Part shown: piece by piece, positions 33,142 through 43,343 of the stretch
Layout: each line of letters opens with the position of its first letter
How positions within the stretch are numbered: position 1 is the stretch's first letter
Virus record (IMG/VR): IMGVR_UViG_2728369562_000003
Location: 1 to 64,000 of that record
Length of the DNA: 64,000 nt
Direction: 5' to 3' (one strand)
Origin: a virus
Lineage: Duplodnaviria > Caudoviricetes
Program-made: the position numbers and the translations under genes
The notes under the pieces: generated by a model
What the model was told of the DNA's origin: nothing
Database searches by the model: none
Seen by the model: the letters and a program-made list of their open reading frames with translations, nothing else

Positions 33142-33276
33142 TAGATCACCTCAAAGTGATTATCGACTAAAATGAGGAAATTTTAACGATCTTTTATACT
33201 GAAGCAAAATCCCTCAGATGAGGAATCTTGATTCTGCATAAAAGAGGGATTTTATTTGGAAGAAGGAGAGGAGGGA

Positions 33277-34284
33277 TTAAGAGAATATTTTATTCTTCTC
33301 TTCTTCAAATTCCCTGAGATCATAGTGGGCAATGGTAGTTGATACATCTTCGTGGTGTGCAACATATTTTGAAACGAGCTTTAAATCCACTCCACTTTCA
33401 AGAAGATATGTTACACAAGAGGCTTTAAATATATGAGGATTAACTCTTCGCTGGAGAATATCGCTTAAAACATTTGAACAAAAATAATCAGCCCATGACT
33501 TTGAAGCTTGTTTAACTTCGCCACCGTATTTAGTTGAAAATATGTATTCCGATTCATAGCCTCTTTTCTCAACCCATAAACGCATGTATTTTAATGCCTC
33601 AAGATTAATCATATAAGGCTCTACCTTTCCATCATCACCTTGTCCCTTTAGTCGCACATTATGACTGTATACAAACGTCTTACCATCAGGTATTGGGTAA
33701 TCAAGTATTTCTGTTTTGAATTGTATAATTTCACTTCTTCTAGCTCCAACATTAAAGGCAGTTGCAAGCCAGGCCATACCTAAATAATTCTCGTCCTTTT
33801 CAAGTACATCCATCATATCTTTGTACTCATCAAAAGTAATTTTCACTTTGTCATATACTTTGTTCTTAGGGATAGGAGGGAGCCCTCGAGTTAAATTTCT
33901 AAAACTACGGTACTCTTTGAAATCCTCGTCATCAGCAATAACATTCTCGATGTAGTTAAACATGGATGAAACACAAGCTTTTTTAAAGCTTTGTGCAGAT
34001 GAGGAGAGTTTGCGGTTATCACGAAGGTAGCTTAAATAACGAAGAATGTCTCTTTTGGTAAGCTTATATAAAGGTTTGTTATTCATTGATTGATACACGT
34101 AATATCCAAACTGTCTAAGTCCAGATTGATATTGTTTTTTTGTTGCTGGGCTAAAGTTTTGAACAGTAATGAACTCATCAACAATTGTTCTTAATTCATC
34201 GTTTACGTGTTGCCACATTTCGTCTGTGATTTCAGGGAGTTTTTTAGCTCTATCCCGTAACATGTTTTTCTTTATTTTGGCCAT
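33277..34284 (-). CDS. yomM: Tyrosine recombinase YomM
   Basis: GARRSE (R), LKGQG (K), HIFK (HxxK), H..HY (Y). Confidence 0.88.
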   Translation of the reverse strand: MAKIKKNMLRDRAKKLPEITDEMWQHVNDELRTIVDEFITVQNFSPATKKQYQSGLRQFGYYVYQSMNNKPLYKLTKRDILRYLSYLRDNRKLSSSAQSFKKACVSSMFNYIENVIADDEDFKEYRSFRNLTRGLPPIPKNKVYDKVKITFDEYKDMMDVLEKDENYLGMAWLATAFNVGARRSEIIQFKTEILDYPIPDGKTFVYSHNVRLKGQGDDGKVEPYMINLEALKYMRLWVEKRGYESEYIFSTKYGGEVKQASKSWADYFCSNVLSDILQRRVNPHIFKASCVTYLLESGVDLKLVSKYVAHHEDVSTTIAHYDLREFEEEKNKIFS

Positions 34285-34297
34285 TAATTCACCGCCA

Positions 34298-34717
34298 TTA
34301 GTCTGTTTTAATTCCATCTGCTTTTAAATCTTTTTTAAGTGCTGCAGTTAATCGTCCATCTTTTAGGGTCTCAGCGGTATTCTTCATAAAAGGACGAGGT
34401 TTACCATAGCCATATCCATATGAATCAGGGTATGTATAACCCTGACCGGTTTCAATGACTGTAGCAACGTCTTTCCCGTCATCCTCTATAATATTGTCCA
34501 ATGTCACCCCGTCACTTTCATTGGTGATTATAAAAGAACCTCTAATTTGTCCTGTGCGTTCATAAAGAAGGGGATTATATGCACCGTAAACATCTTCATC
34601 TACATGTTCCTGTCCTGTTTTCACCATAATTTGTTTTACATTACTGGAAGACTTATGTATAGATTGAATTGCAGCTTGTTCAACTATAGCTTTGATTTCT
34701 TTTATGTTTTTCGCCAT
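34298..34717 (-). CDS. yomN: YomN, tail-completion (HK97 gp10-like) protein
   Basis: YERTG..PRPFM motifs; synteny. Confidence 0.75.
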   Translation of the reverse strand: MAKNIKEIKAIVEQAAIQSIHKSSSNVKQIMVKTGQEHVDEDVYGAYNPLLYERTGQIRGSFIITNESDGVTLDNIIEDDGKDVATVIETGQGYTYPDSYGYGYGKPRPFMKNTAETLKDGRLTAALKKDLKADGIKTD

Positions 34718-35205
34718 TATTGTACGTCAGTGCTTTTCTCAATTTCTTCGACCTTCAGAAGGATAAGATTATTTGCTTCTTCCTGAGATTTTTTTGATAG
34801 CTCATCTATATTTTGTTGCAGCATAACAGTAGCTTTACCCAGTTTTTCTAAGCTCTCTTTAGGGAAGCTATTGATAATCAATGGGAAGAACTCTGAGTCT
34901 ACAAGTTTAAGATACCATTTGACTTTATTTTTAATGTCGTTTGGAATACCCAGGTCTGTAAATTCTTTGATTAGTGAAAAGAATGCCCAATGGACTTGAT
35001 TTATATCCTTGAAGGATTTGATACCTGCTTCTTTTGCTTCTTGTTGGTCAGAAATCAATCCTGATAACATTTTTGTTAACCGAGAAGGGGAGAAGTATGG
35101 ATAGATGAATACATGTACGTCATCAGTTAATTGGATTTTTTCTTTCTTATCATACTTATTGACCCTTTCCTCGATTAAACCTAAATTCAACTTTTTTGAT
35201 GCCAT
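34717..35205 (-). CDS. yomO: YomO hypothetical virion/assembly protein
   Basis: Synteny and size. Confidence 0.65.
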   Translation of the reverse strand: MASKKLNLGLIEERVNKYDKKEKIQLTDDVHVFIYPYFSPSRLTKMLSGLISDQQEAKEAGIKSFKDINQVHWAFFSLIKEFTDLGIPNDIKNKVKWYLKLVDSEFFPLIINSFPKESLEKLGKATVMLQQNIDELSKKSQEEANNLILLKVEEIEKSTDVQ

Positions 35206-35294
35206 TTAATTTCCTCCTTTTATATCCTCCATATAGAAAAGACACCCATCAATCTTTGTGAGGTGTCACTTTTGTTAAAAGCAATGTTTAAATG

Positions 35295-36593
35295 TTATTC
35301 TAACGGTATTACAGCGTCCATATAGTAACCCGTCACATTGCTGTCATCATTTGAGTGAATACCTGTCAGCTTCATATCTCCACTAGCGTTAATAAATAAT
35401 TTACTATAGCCAGTAGTACCTGAAACAGGAACCATCTTGGCCGCCCCATTTGCCGGTAATCCGTCAGATGGAATTGTTCCACAAACGACCTCTCGTGTTG
35501 CTTTAATATGCCCTCGCAATAAAAGCAGGCTGCCCCATCTCGCGTACTGGAACGGTCTGTCACCAGTAGCTGCTCCATTTTTCAGAGTGACGCTTTGCCA
35601 TGTAGCCTGGGTAGGAACGAATTCAATCCATTTAGACCATGTTACTGAATCGTACTTACGGATGCGATAGAGAGATTTTAGACCATTAGTAGCGTCATAT
35701 GCAGTTTGAACGAGCGTATTTCCATAACTCATAACTAGGAGAAAGCATTGAGTCAACCCAGGCCCATTTAACCCAGTATTGTATATTAAATACATACCAG
35801 TATCAGTGATTTCGTTATAATCTGTAGTTTCGCTGTTGTTTTTATAAAATACTTTGCCGTTGTCTTGTGTTAGTTTGGAAAGCTGAGCACCATTCCACTT
35901 GTCCTTATCTTCTTTCGTTACATGAATATCTGTTTTATTTGCATGAGCATTAACTTTCGCTTGGGCCCCTGCTGAATATTCTATCTCCATCCAAGGTGTC
36001 CAGTTTTCTGCTCCGCTAACCTTGTTGCGCATAAATTTTCTTCTAGTCTCCGGAATTGTTGTTGTTGCGCCACTATATGCTGTGAACTCTTGATATGGAT
36101 ATGTTCCGTAGTTATATACCAATAAATATCCATTGGAATTCACAGGGGCGTTCAGTGAAGTTGACACCGAAGTTATATAATAGAATCCCGACTCAATGAC
36201 AGAATTGAAGTCTACCTCAGATAAGTATTTCGTCAAACCATTGTCTTGTGTTAATTTTGATAACTGAGCAGCATTCCACTTGGTACGCTCAGAGTCAGTA
36301 ACATGAATTTTAGTGTCTTTAACATGTGTATCAAACTCTATTTTTGTTGCTTGTTTGTCATTTGTTAGATTGCTAAGTCCAACCTGTTGTTTTGTAACTT
36401 GGTGTGGATTGCCTATATCTTTCATGTGTTTTATTAGCTCATAATTTTGATACTCCATAAAATCATTAACCTTATCGGTCAATTCTTGTTCATGATCAGT
36501 CATGCGCTTCTCGTTTTGCGAGAGTAAAGCTTTTAGGTTGTTTATTTGTTCATTGTTTTGCTTTAATTGACCAACAAATTTACTGCTACTCAT
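35295..36593 (-). CDS. yomR: Tail fibre protein with pyocin-knob-like repeats (YomR-like)
   Basis: NPHQVTKQQVGL; repeated IHVT..KWN.AQLSKLTQDNG units. Confidence 0.75.
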   Translation of the reverse strand: MSSSKFVGQLKQNNEQINNLKALLSQNEKRMTDHEQELTDKVNDFMEYQNYELIKHMKDIGNPHQVTKQQVGLSNLTNDKQATKIEFDTHVKDTKIHVTDSERTKWNAAQLSKLTQDNGLTKYLSEVDFNSVIESGFYYITSVSTSLNAPVNSNGYLLVYNYGTYPYQEFTAYSGATTTIPETRRKFMRNKVSGAENWTPWMEIEYSAGAQAKVNAHANKTDIHVTKEDKDKWNGAQLSKLTQDNGKVFYKNNSETTDYNEITDTGMYLIYNTGLNGPGLTQCFLLVMSYGNTLVQTAYDATNGLKSLYRIRKYDSVTWSKWIEFVPTQATWQSVTLKNGAATGDRPFQYARWGSLLLLRGHIKATREVVCGTIPSDGLPANGAAKMVPVSGTTGYSKLFINASGDMKLTGIHSNDDSNVTGYYMDAVIPLE

Positions 36594-36949
36594 TAGCTCA
36601 CCGCAATCCCTTTAACAGATACATCACCATTAACTGAGGATACTTCAAACATAACTTTAAACACTCCAGCGACATCAAAATCCCAATATTCATTTGTATT
36701 CAACGTGCTTGATGCAAGTTGAAAGTCTTTTTTGTTAGTACCACTTAAGACTGATTTTTCACCATTTTCGTCGATTGCATAAAACTTAACTTCCCGTGAA
36801 GTTGAGGAACCAGAGATCTTAACAGTAAGTTCCCGAAAATGATCCACTACAAATTCTTCACCTTCTGATGGGGCAGTTGTTGCTTCATGAAATGTAAATG
36901 AAGTTTTGTCTGGAATCGTGATGACGACACTTTCAGTCGTTTCTGTCAA
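36593..36949 (-). CDS. yomS: YomS hypothetical protein
   Basis: Synteny; TTG start after AAGGAGG. Confidence 0.7.
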   Translation of the reverse strand: MTETTESVVITIPDKTSFTFHEATTAPSEGEEFVVDHFRELTVKISGSSTSREVKFYAIDENGEKSVLSGTNKKDFQLASSTLNTNEYWDFDVAGVFKVMFEVSSVNGDVSVKGIAVS

Positions 36950-37012
36950 CAACTCCACCTCCTTAATTTGAATAAAAACTGTCTTTTATCTAGAAAAACA
37001 AGAGGGGAGGAC

Positions 37013-37240
37013 TTATTCAAAAAGCCCATCCTCTTGTAACTTATTCCATATACCTTCCCAAGCTGGGGTAGAAGAAGGGGATGACTGAAGCGAACTTAAA
37101 GGTTCGTACTCATTGAAGTCGCCTTCAAAGCGTTGCTTGAAATCATCAACACTGATATAGGATCCATCTGATAGCAATAGAAATTTTTGTTCCAAACCAT
37201 CAAATTGTGTAAACAGACCACATACTTCATCAAATGTCAT
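37013..37240 (-). CDS. yomT: YomT hypothetical protein
   Basis: Synteny; 75 aa. Confidence 0.65.
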   Translation of the reverse strand: MTFDEVCGLFTQFDGLEQKFLLLSDGSYISVDDFKQRFEGDFNEYEPLSSLQSSPSSTPAWEGIWNKLQEDGLFE

Positions 37241-37851
37241 TATTCCATCCCCCAAACAACGATTTTCAACCCAGTTATATCAACTGTACCGGCTGCTTTA
37301 ACTGTCAGATGTATTTTTGGAGCAGTGAAAGTTAATTGTTTTTGCAAAGGATAGTTCTGAACAAAGGCAATGCTGTTGAATAGAACAGAATTATCGTTAC
37401 CTGATGTAGTTGCAGAATAAAATGGAATGTTTTTCGGTACGGAATAAATACTTGCTAAAACTTTGCTGTTTGAGCTGTCTGTTTGAGTTGTGTACATAGC
37501 AACACCGTAAGTTCTGAAAACACCAAGTGAATCGATTAGATCAACTGTATAAGACTTAGTTGCACCTGTAGCTACGGTATCAGCATCAGTAACAACAAAT
37601 TCAGAATAGGATTTTTGAACTTGGGTTTTAATTGCTGCAGTGTTTTTAACCAAAACAGGAACAGAAGCCGTATTAGTTATATTTACATCAAGTGATGTGT
37701 TGGCCACATTAACATTAAGAGGCTGGTCATTATTAAGACCAACCTCCAAAGGGACAGTGGAACGTTCAATTGATACAGCAGTTATGGGATTACCTGTCCC
37801 ATCATCTTTTGCAGAGGTGTATTTATCACCGTCCTGGTTTAAAAAAGCAAT
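37240..37851 (-). CDS. youA: Structural protein (YouA-like), probable ATT start
   Basis: Frame is open to AAGGAGG-CGTTTATT-ATT; no ATG/GTG/TTG near the RBS. Confidence 0.6.
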   Translation of the reverse strand: MAFLNQDGDKYTSAKDDGTGNPITAVSIERSTVPLEVGLNNDQPLNVNVANTSLDVNITNTASVPVLVKNTAAIKTQVQKSYSEFVVTDADTVATGATKSYTVDLIDSLGVFRTYGVAMYTTQTDSSNSKVLASIYSVPKNIPFYSATTSGNDNSVLFNSIAFVQNYPLQKQLTFTAPKIHLTVKAAGTVDITGLKIVVWGME

Positions 37852-37868
37852 AATAAACGCCTCCTTAA

Positions 37869-38663
37869 TTATTCAGTTGTTCCACCAAGATCTGAGCTTT
37901 GAGTTGAACCTGTTGTATCCTCAACCGGAGCTGCAGTATTGTCATCTCTACTTGCTTCGATTACTACAGCCATTTCGTCTGTATCTGTATCTGCTAATGC
38001 TTCAAACTTAATTTCAGGTGCTAGAGCATTTCCATTTTCTAATGACATTTCAAATTCCCCTGAAGGAGAAACGTTAGGGAACTGGATATAGATGTCACTG
38101 TAAACTTCTTCTGTATCAGGATTATAAGCAATAGTGCGATATTCAACTTCATATCGTTCTGAGAACTTGCTGGCTTTAATGGCTAAACGTCTACCGACTT
38201 TTTCAATTTGATACACTGCTGTTAGTTTGTCTTTAGCAGCTGCAAATGCTGTTGGAATTGTATATGTACCATCAGTTGAAATAGCAATCTTATATGTTAA
38301 ACCTTTTTTGTTATAGAAAGTTACATCGCTTACAGGTTTTCCTTTTAGAGTAACTTTGTTTGTATCATCTACAATCAGTCCATGTTCTCTATCGAAAACC
38401 TTTACTTTTGTTTCCTCTTGAATAGTTTCACCCTGTGTCATTGCAAGCCATTCTAAATCAAAGAAAGCATTTTTGACAGTTAGGTTAATTTCCTTCTCAG
38501 ATTTAAGAATGTAAAGTGGTTTATTTCCGATTCCACCTCTGAGTTTTTCTTCGGAGATTGCTTGGGAGAATGATGCTGTTTGTGCCTCGGCTGTGAATAC
38601 AAGCTTACCGTCAGATTTTCGTTTGAAATAAACGTCAGCTGTATCTTGAATAACTGTTTTCAT
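37869..38663 (-). CDS. yomU: Major tail tube protein (YomU)
   Basis: Synteny; size; beta-rich composition. Confidence 0.7.
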   Translation of the reverse strand: MKTVIQDTADVYFKRKSDGKLVFTAEAQTASFSQAISEEKLRGGIGNKPLYILKSEKEINLTVKNAFFDLEWLAMTQGETIQEETKVKVFDREHGLIVDDTNKVTLKGKPVSDVTFYNKKGLTYKIAISTDGTYTIPTAFAAAKDKLTAVYQIEKVGRRLAIKASKFSERYEVEYRTIAYNPDTEEVYSDIYIQFPNVSPSGEFEMSLENGNALAPEIKFEALADTDTDEMAVVIEASRDDNTAAPVEDTTGSTQSSDLGGTTE

Positions 38664-38698
38664 CTAATTGTTGCCTCCTTAAATAATAAAAAAGACAG

Positions 38699-39427
38699 CT
38701 ATGCGCTGCCTTTACCAAAACCTTTAGTTTGTTTCATGAAACTTTCTCTACTTATGTAGTGTTTTTCTTCTTCATATAAGTCGATATGTTTTCCCCAGCT
38801 TTCCATGTGTTTGGCAGCATCAGGTGAAACGGTCGCAAACAGGGTGGAGGTATCGTACTGTTTGAATTGACCTATTCTGTAGTAAGTCATGTATAACTGA
38901 AACAGAGTCATTTCATTTATATCTTTGTACAAATATCCAGTGTGAGCAGCAACACTGCTCATGATGTCAGCCATATCAACCATATCTGAATCCTGACTTT
39001 TCACCCTTTTGCTGCGCTCGTTAGCTCGCTGTATCTCTGGGTTAGAGCTGATTTTTTCCTCTTTTAGACAAGACATTCTCAAGACCAATTCTCTTAGGGC
39101 TTCAAAGTTTTCCGGTGTAAGTTTCTCTAAAATTTCAACGCCATTAAAAACTGTACTAAATATTACTTCATACGCTTCTTTAAAATTCGGAAGGATACTT
39201 GTAATTTCAAATAATGACAGTTTTTTAAGTTCGGCAATAAGACCGTCTAATTGGCCAAATTGATTATTTTCCTTTTTGCTGTAAGTATAAATAATCTCTT
39301 TCTTAGACATCTTAAACCAGCTGAGGTACGGAGTTAAAAAAGCATATTCCTTAACTTTTATAAACCGACAATCGCCAAATTCAGTAGGGATTGGTTCACC
39401 GGTTATAAAGAATTCACTATCAATCAT
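38699..39427 (-). CDS. yomV: YomV hypothetical (tail assembly chaperone-like)
   Basis: Synteny; INEMTLFQL motif. Confidence 0.65.
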   Translation of the reverse strand: MIDSEFFITGEPIPTEFGDCRFIKVKEYAFLTPYLSWFKMSKKEIIYTYSKKENNQFGQLDGLIAELKKLSLFEITSILPNFKEAYEVIFSTVFNGVEILEKLTPENFEALRELVLRMSCLKEEKISSNPEIQRANERSKRVKSQDSDMVDMADIMSSVAAHTGYLYKDINEMTLFQLYMTYYRIGQFKQYDTSTLFATVSPDAAKHMESWGKHIDLYEEEKHYISRESFMKQTKGFGKGSA

Positions 39428-39930
39428 TTCATTGCCCCAAAGGTATAAATTAATTTATATCCGAGGTAACCATCAGGAGGATTAGTGATTAGTAGTCTTT
39501 TATAAGAGTTTGTCTTACCAATACCAGCAAAATTCTGATTGAACAAGAGCTTATTAATTCTGTCATTAATCTTAAGATTTCTAAATTCGGTTTCTTCAAA
39601 GGTGTTAATATGGGTGAAAACATCAATCATCAAGTCTTGATCAAGAAGCATCGCACTTTGGTCGGATGGTTTTGGTAATGCGTTCCCTAAATAAACACAA
39701 ATCCTACATAATGGTGAATCCGATAGATCATCTGTTTTAGGTGCTCGCTTGAATATGGTATTGATTATAGCGGGAGAGTCATTTGTGGAGTCATAATAAT
39801 TTTTGAGTGATTGAACATCTGGATGAGAAGGGGAGAGAGGATCAGTTTTGTAATACAAGAGCCGATTCAGTTCAACATCATCCATAACTAATCTGAAGAC
39901 TTTTGTCATCTGTTCAACAGTCATGCTCAT
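39424..39930 (-). CDS. yomW: YomW, tail terminator-like
   Basis: Synteny. Confidence 0.65.
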   Translation of the reverse strand: MSMTVEQMTKVFRLVMDDVELNRLLYYKTDPLSPSHPDVQSLKNYYDSTNDSPAIINTIFKRAPKTDDLSDSPLCRICVYLGNALPKPSDQSAMLLDQDLMIDVFTHINTFEETEFRNLKINDRINKLLFNQNFAGIGKTNSYKRLLITNPPDGYLGYKLIYTFGAMK

Positions 39931-40577
39931 GTCTTTTCACCAACTTTCTTTTTGGCAACCAATTTTATTGTTCCGTGGTCTCCATAAACTTTAGAATAGT
40001 CTATATCATCGACTTGATAATCTTCGCCAAAGAAGGTGAGGGTAAGTCCGATTTTCAATTTTTCATGAACAAGATAAGGAATTGTAATGTTTGCTTGACC
40101 ATCTGGAAGATTTACCGCCAATTCAGTGCCTTTTATTGAAGTTGTCCTTTCGAATATGCAGGGGACTTCAGTTTTTTCACCAGGTACTTTTTCATAAATT
40201 GGCTTACCTGTGATTTCGTTAATTTTGCCAGTATCGATTAGCTTGTCTTCTGAAGTAAGAAAAAATGATGTTCCACATATTTTTATCTCAGCCTTTTTGT
40301 AAATCTTATTACTGAGAGGGTGGGAGGTGATGAGCCATGTTTCATCATTAAACTTAACAACTCCGCCACGATAAATGTCAGCAATTTCACCTAATATATA
40401 TCTTGTAGAACCATCGCCACTAGAGTACTTAGAGGTGATCATTACTGTTTTTTCGATTCCATCAATTGTGACTTTTTCAGATTCAAACCCCTTAAGGCCT
40501 TGTTGGAAAATAAGCTTACCATCATGAAGAAGTTTATTATTAATGTTAACCTTGTGGTAATTACTGTAGTCCTTCAT
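39927..40577 (-). CDS. yomX: YomX, head-tail connector-like
   Basis: Synteny. Confidence 0.65.
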   Translation of the reverse strand: MKDYSNYHKVNINNKLLHDGKLIFQQGLKGFESEKVTIDGIEKTVMITSKYSSGDGSTRYILGEIADIYRGGVVKFNDETWLITSHPLSNKIYKKAEIKICGTSFFLTSEDKLIDTGKINEITGKPIYEKVPGEKTEVPCIFERTTSIKGTELAVNLPDGQANITIPYLVHEKLKIGLTLTFFGEDYQVDDIDYSKVYGDHGTIKLVAKKKVGEKT

Positions 40578-40815
40578 TCGAATCACCGTCTGTTACTAAG
40601 TTATCCCTAAGTCTGCTTAATTCACCACTTACTGTTAAAATAATGTCCCTGATTTCTGTGAGTTCAGGATCACTTAGCAGTTTTTTATTAAGGTATTTCT
40701 CCAATTTGAAGAGGACTGAATTGTTTCTCTTACACAGTTTATTGCAAACAACATCTAAGTCCTCAAGCTTTATTTGTCCATCTTTATGTGCCGATTTAAC
40801 TTTAATTGTACTCAT
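40561..40815 (-). CDS. yomY: YomY hypothetical protein
   Basis: Synteny. Confidence 0.65.
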   Translation of the reverse strand: MSTIKVKSAHKDGQIKLEDLDVVCNKLCKRNNSVLFKLEKYLNKKLLSDPELTEIRDIILTVSGELSRLRDNLVTDGDSNEGLQ

Positions 40816-41207
40816 AGATAATCCACCGCAGCGTTCAATATCAAGCGCTCAATTTCGTTTTTCTGATCTATTACACTTTGTTTAAGGGAATTGAGTTGCG
40901 TACCAAAGTTCTTGATCCCCACGTCATTAGTGAAGGGCTGCCACATATTCTCAAACAAGGTCTTTTTATTTAACAAAAAGATGTATCTCAAGAAGTGTGC
41001 AAGAATAAGAAGATCATCCTCAGATAATTCCCGATTAACAGTTTCAGTTGAATTATCAGCTTTTAAATTGTCTCTAAGCCGGTTATTGAAATGAAGGATT
41101 GCATTTCGAATTGATTTATAAATGTCCTCTTCTTCTTGAGGAACATCAAAATCGGACGTCTCGCAGTTGTTTAAAAAGGTTTCCCATATTTGATCATAAG
41201 ATGTCAT
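40812..41207 (-). CDS. yomZ: YomZ, head-tail adaptor-like
   Basis: Synteny. Confidence 0.65.
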   Translation of the reverse strand: MTSYDQIWETFLNNCETSDFDVPQEEEDIYKSIRNAILHFNNRLRDNLKADNSTETVNRELSEDDLLILAHFLRYIFLLNKKTLFENMWQPFTNDVGIKNFGTQLNSLKQSVIDQKNEIERLILNAAVDYL

Positions 41208-41221
41208 AAAAATCCCTCCTC

Positions 41222-41692
41222 TTAGTCAAAGAGAAGGGAAGGATCAGCGACTCCCATCCAATCAGCCAAAACTTTTAATTTGCCTGCAGCAATGTCATCG
41301 CTAAATTCTGAAGCAACGTCAATAATAAATTGTTTCTCAGAATCCACTGTGATTTTATCGAGCTTATTTTTTAGTTGAGCAATATTTCCTGATTTAATCA
41401 TCTTTTCAATTTCTTCTTTGGTATGGATGTTATTTTCATAAGCCTCCGACTCAACAATAGAATCTTTAATTTCTTTGGTGGTATCATTATCTTCAACAAT
41501 AACTAATTCACCTTTATCGAAACAAACGCTATTCATTGTGAGCCATTCAACAACTTCTTTTGGAACTTCTTTAATATCAGCCTTCCCATTTTTACTTCCA
41601 GCCCAAGTGTATTGTTTATGTCCGCCATCGCCGGTATACCCAACAAAATAAGATGTACTTCTGTATCGTGCTAACTTAATTTTTTCAGTCAA
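41222..41692 (-). CDS. yonA: YonA hypothetical protein
   Basis: Synteny. Confidence 0.7.
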   Translation of the reverse strand: MTEKIKLARYRSTSYFVGYTGDGGHKQYTWAGSKNGKADIKEVPKEVVEWLTMNSVCFDKGELVIVEDNDTTKEIKDSIVESEAYENNIHTKEEIEKMIKSGNIAQLKNKLDKITVDSEKQFIIDVASEFSDDIAAGKLKVLADWMGVADPSLLFD

Positions 41693-41727
41693 ATTTATAT
41701 CCTCCTAAAAAATCCTCATATTTTGAT

Positions 41728-42744
41728 TTAGATAGATACTGCAGCTTGTTCTTCAATAATTCCGATTGCTTCTCCAAAAAGAAGGTTAACAGAAGCATCT
41801 TGAACAATTTTCATTTTGATTCTTTCATCTTCGATATCTTGTTCTGTCAATTGACGCAGTCCGCCATACTCAACAACAGAAAATGGTTTTTGAGAAACGC
41901 CGCCGGCAAACATATAACCTTTGTTGACAGGAAGTTCGACTTTACTATTTGTATCATCTGTAAATGGGTTAGTGAGGTTAACAGCAGTTGTTCTGCCGAT
42001 AGTTGTTGGATTTAGAGCAGTAAGGAGCTCGCCTTTTACTTCTTCTGTTAAGAAGTTCTTATACGTAGAGTCTGTTCCTTGTTGGAATGCGAAGTAGTCA
42101 ATGAGAAGAGTGTCAGCGACGAAGATTGGTTTTCCACCATAACGTTGAAGCACGGAAGCTACTTTGTTGTATTGTTGAAGAGTAAGGTTTGAGCCTGTTT
42201 GAACATTTTTTGCAGGGATTTTACCAGCTGTAATTGCGCTTGCTGTTAATTGATGAATTTTATCGAGGTACAAACGTACTTTAGCATCTGCAATATCATT
42301 CACCAATTTATTAAAATATACAATTGAATCTGTTACGAGATCTAGGGGTTCATAATAGAAACCTGTTGACATAGTTTTCGGAACAGCAGGAACTGACTCT
42401 TGCCCTTCAACACGAACTAAATCAACGCCAGAACCAGTAGCAGACCAAATGACTTTTGCCTTATTCTTTTTTGGAATTTTAATTTCTTTAATATTGCCTC
42501 TTTTTTCTTGTTGGACATTGGCCAAAAGGGAGAGAAGCTGAGTTACTTTTGGTTTCGCAATTTCATCAGCTTGTTCAACGACAAGGTTATTAAATTGATG
42601 GAGCATGGAAGGGTCAGGTGTAGTACCGCCATCACCAAACACTTTCTTAATGTAAGTTTGGATATCAGCTTGGTCTGTACCGTCCATTTTGTTATTTAAT
42701 ACACGGCTAAACAAGCCTTTGATTTTCACAGTATCTAATTTCAT
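41728..42744 (-). CDS. yonB: Major capsid protein (YonB)
   Basis: 338 aa in capsid position after the scaffold/decoration genes. Confidence 0.75.
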   Translation of the reverse strand: MKLDTVKIKGLFSRVLNNKMDGTDQADIQTYIKKVFGDGGTTPDPSMLHQFNNLVVEQADEIAKPKVTQLLSLLANVQQEKRGNIKEIKIPKKNKAKVIWSATGSGVDLVRVEGQESVPAVPKTMSTGFYYEPLDLVTDSIVYFNKLVNDIADAKVRLYLDKIHQLTASAITAGKIPAKNVQTGSNLTLQQYNKVASVLQRYGGKPIFVADTLLIDYFAFQQGTDSTYKNFLTEEVKGELLTALNPTTIGRTTAVNLTNPFTDDTNSKVELPVNKGYMFAGGVSQKPFSVVEYGGLRQLTEQDIEDERIKMKIVQDASVNLLFGEAIGIIEEQAAVSI

Positions 42745-42782
42745 TTAAAATACTCCTTTTATTGAAATTTATTTATTATGTA

Positions 42783-43319
42783 TTAGGCCTCGATTACTTC
42801 AAGGCGAACAAGCTTTTGTCCCATTGTGTAAACAAGGTCATCTTCATTATTTACAACTAGGAACTTAGCAGAAGAATCAGCATAATCCTCATGAGGTGAA
42901 GCAGGATCACTAAGAATATATTTTTGAGTAGCGATATCAAAGTGAGCTACTTGACCTTGTTTAACCTCAGTCACTCCTGTATTAAATGAAAATGCAGAAA
43001 CATCAAAACGGGTATAAGCTGGCTCAAGGATAACAATTCGAGCATGTTCTCCTACACCGTTATAAAAATCTCTCATTGATTCACCAAGGTAGCGTGCTTC
43101 AGGAGATGCAATTAAATATGCTTTTTTTGTTTTATCTGATAACTTCGAAGCTGTACGGTTTCCCTCAGCATCAAATCCAAGTTCAACAAGCATGAAGTTG
43201 TCAATGTCTGAACCAGTTACTTTTGCACCGTGAGCAACTGTTTTAATTTTTAAAGAATTCAAGTTTCCAGTAGTATGATTACCTACTTCAGTAAGGGCTT
43301 TTTGTAATCTTGTAGCCAT
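42783..43319 (-). CDS. yonC: YonC, capsid decoration-like
   Basis: Synteny. Confidence 0.7.
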   Translation of the reverse strand: MATRLQKALTEVGNHTTGNLNSLKIKTVAHGAKVTGSDIDNFMLVELGFDAEGNRTASKLSDKTKKAYLIASPEARYLGESMRDFYNGVGEHARIVILEPAYTRFDVSAFSFNTGVTEVKQGQVAHFDIATQKYILSDPASPHEDYADSSAKFLVVNNEDDLVYTMGQKLVRLEVIEA

Positions 43320-43343
43320 ATTTTATTCCTCCAAGTTTAAAGT

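Noticed and set aside
37851-37875. Programmed frameshift fusing yomU to the downstream ORF
   Set aside because: The downstream frame has TGA at 37873-37875, leaving only the last codon for a shift; there is no slippery heptamer and a strong SD favours independent initiation
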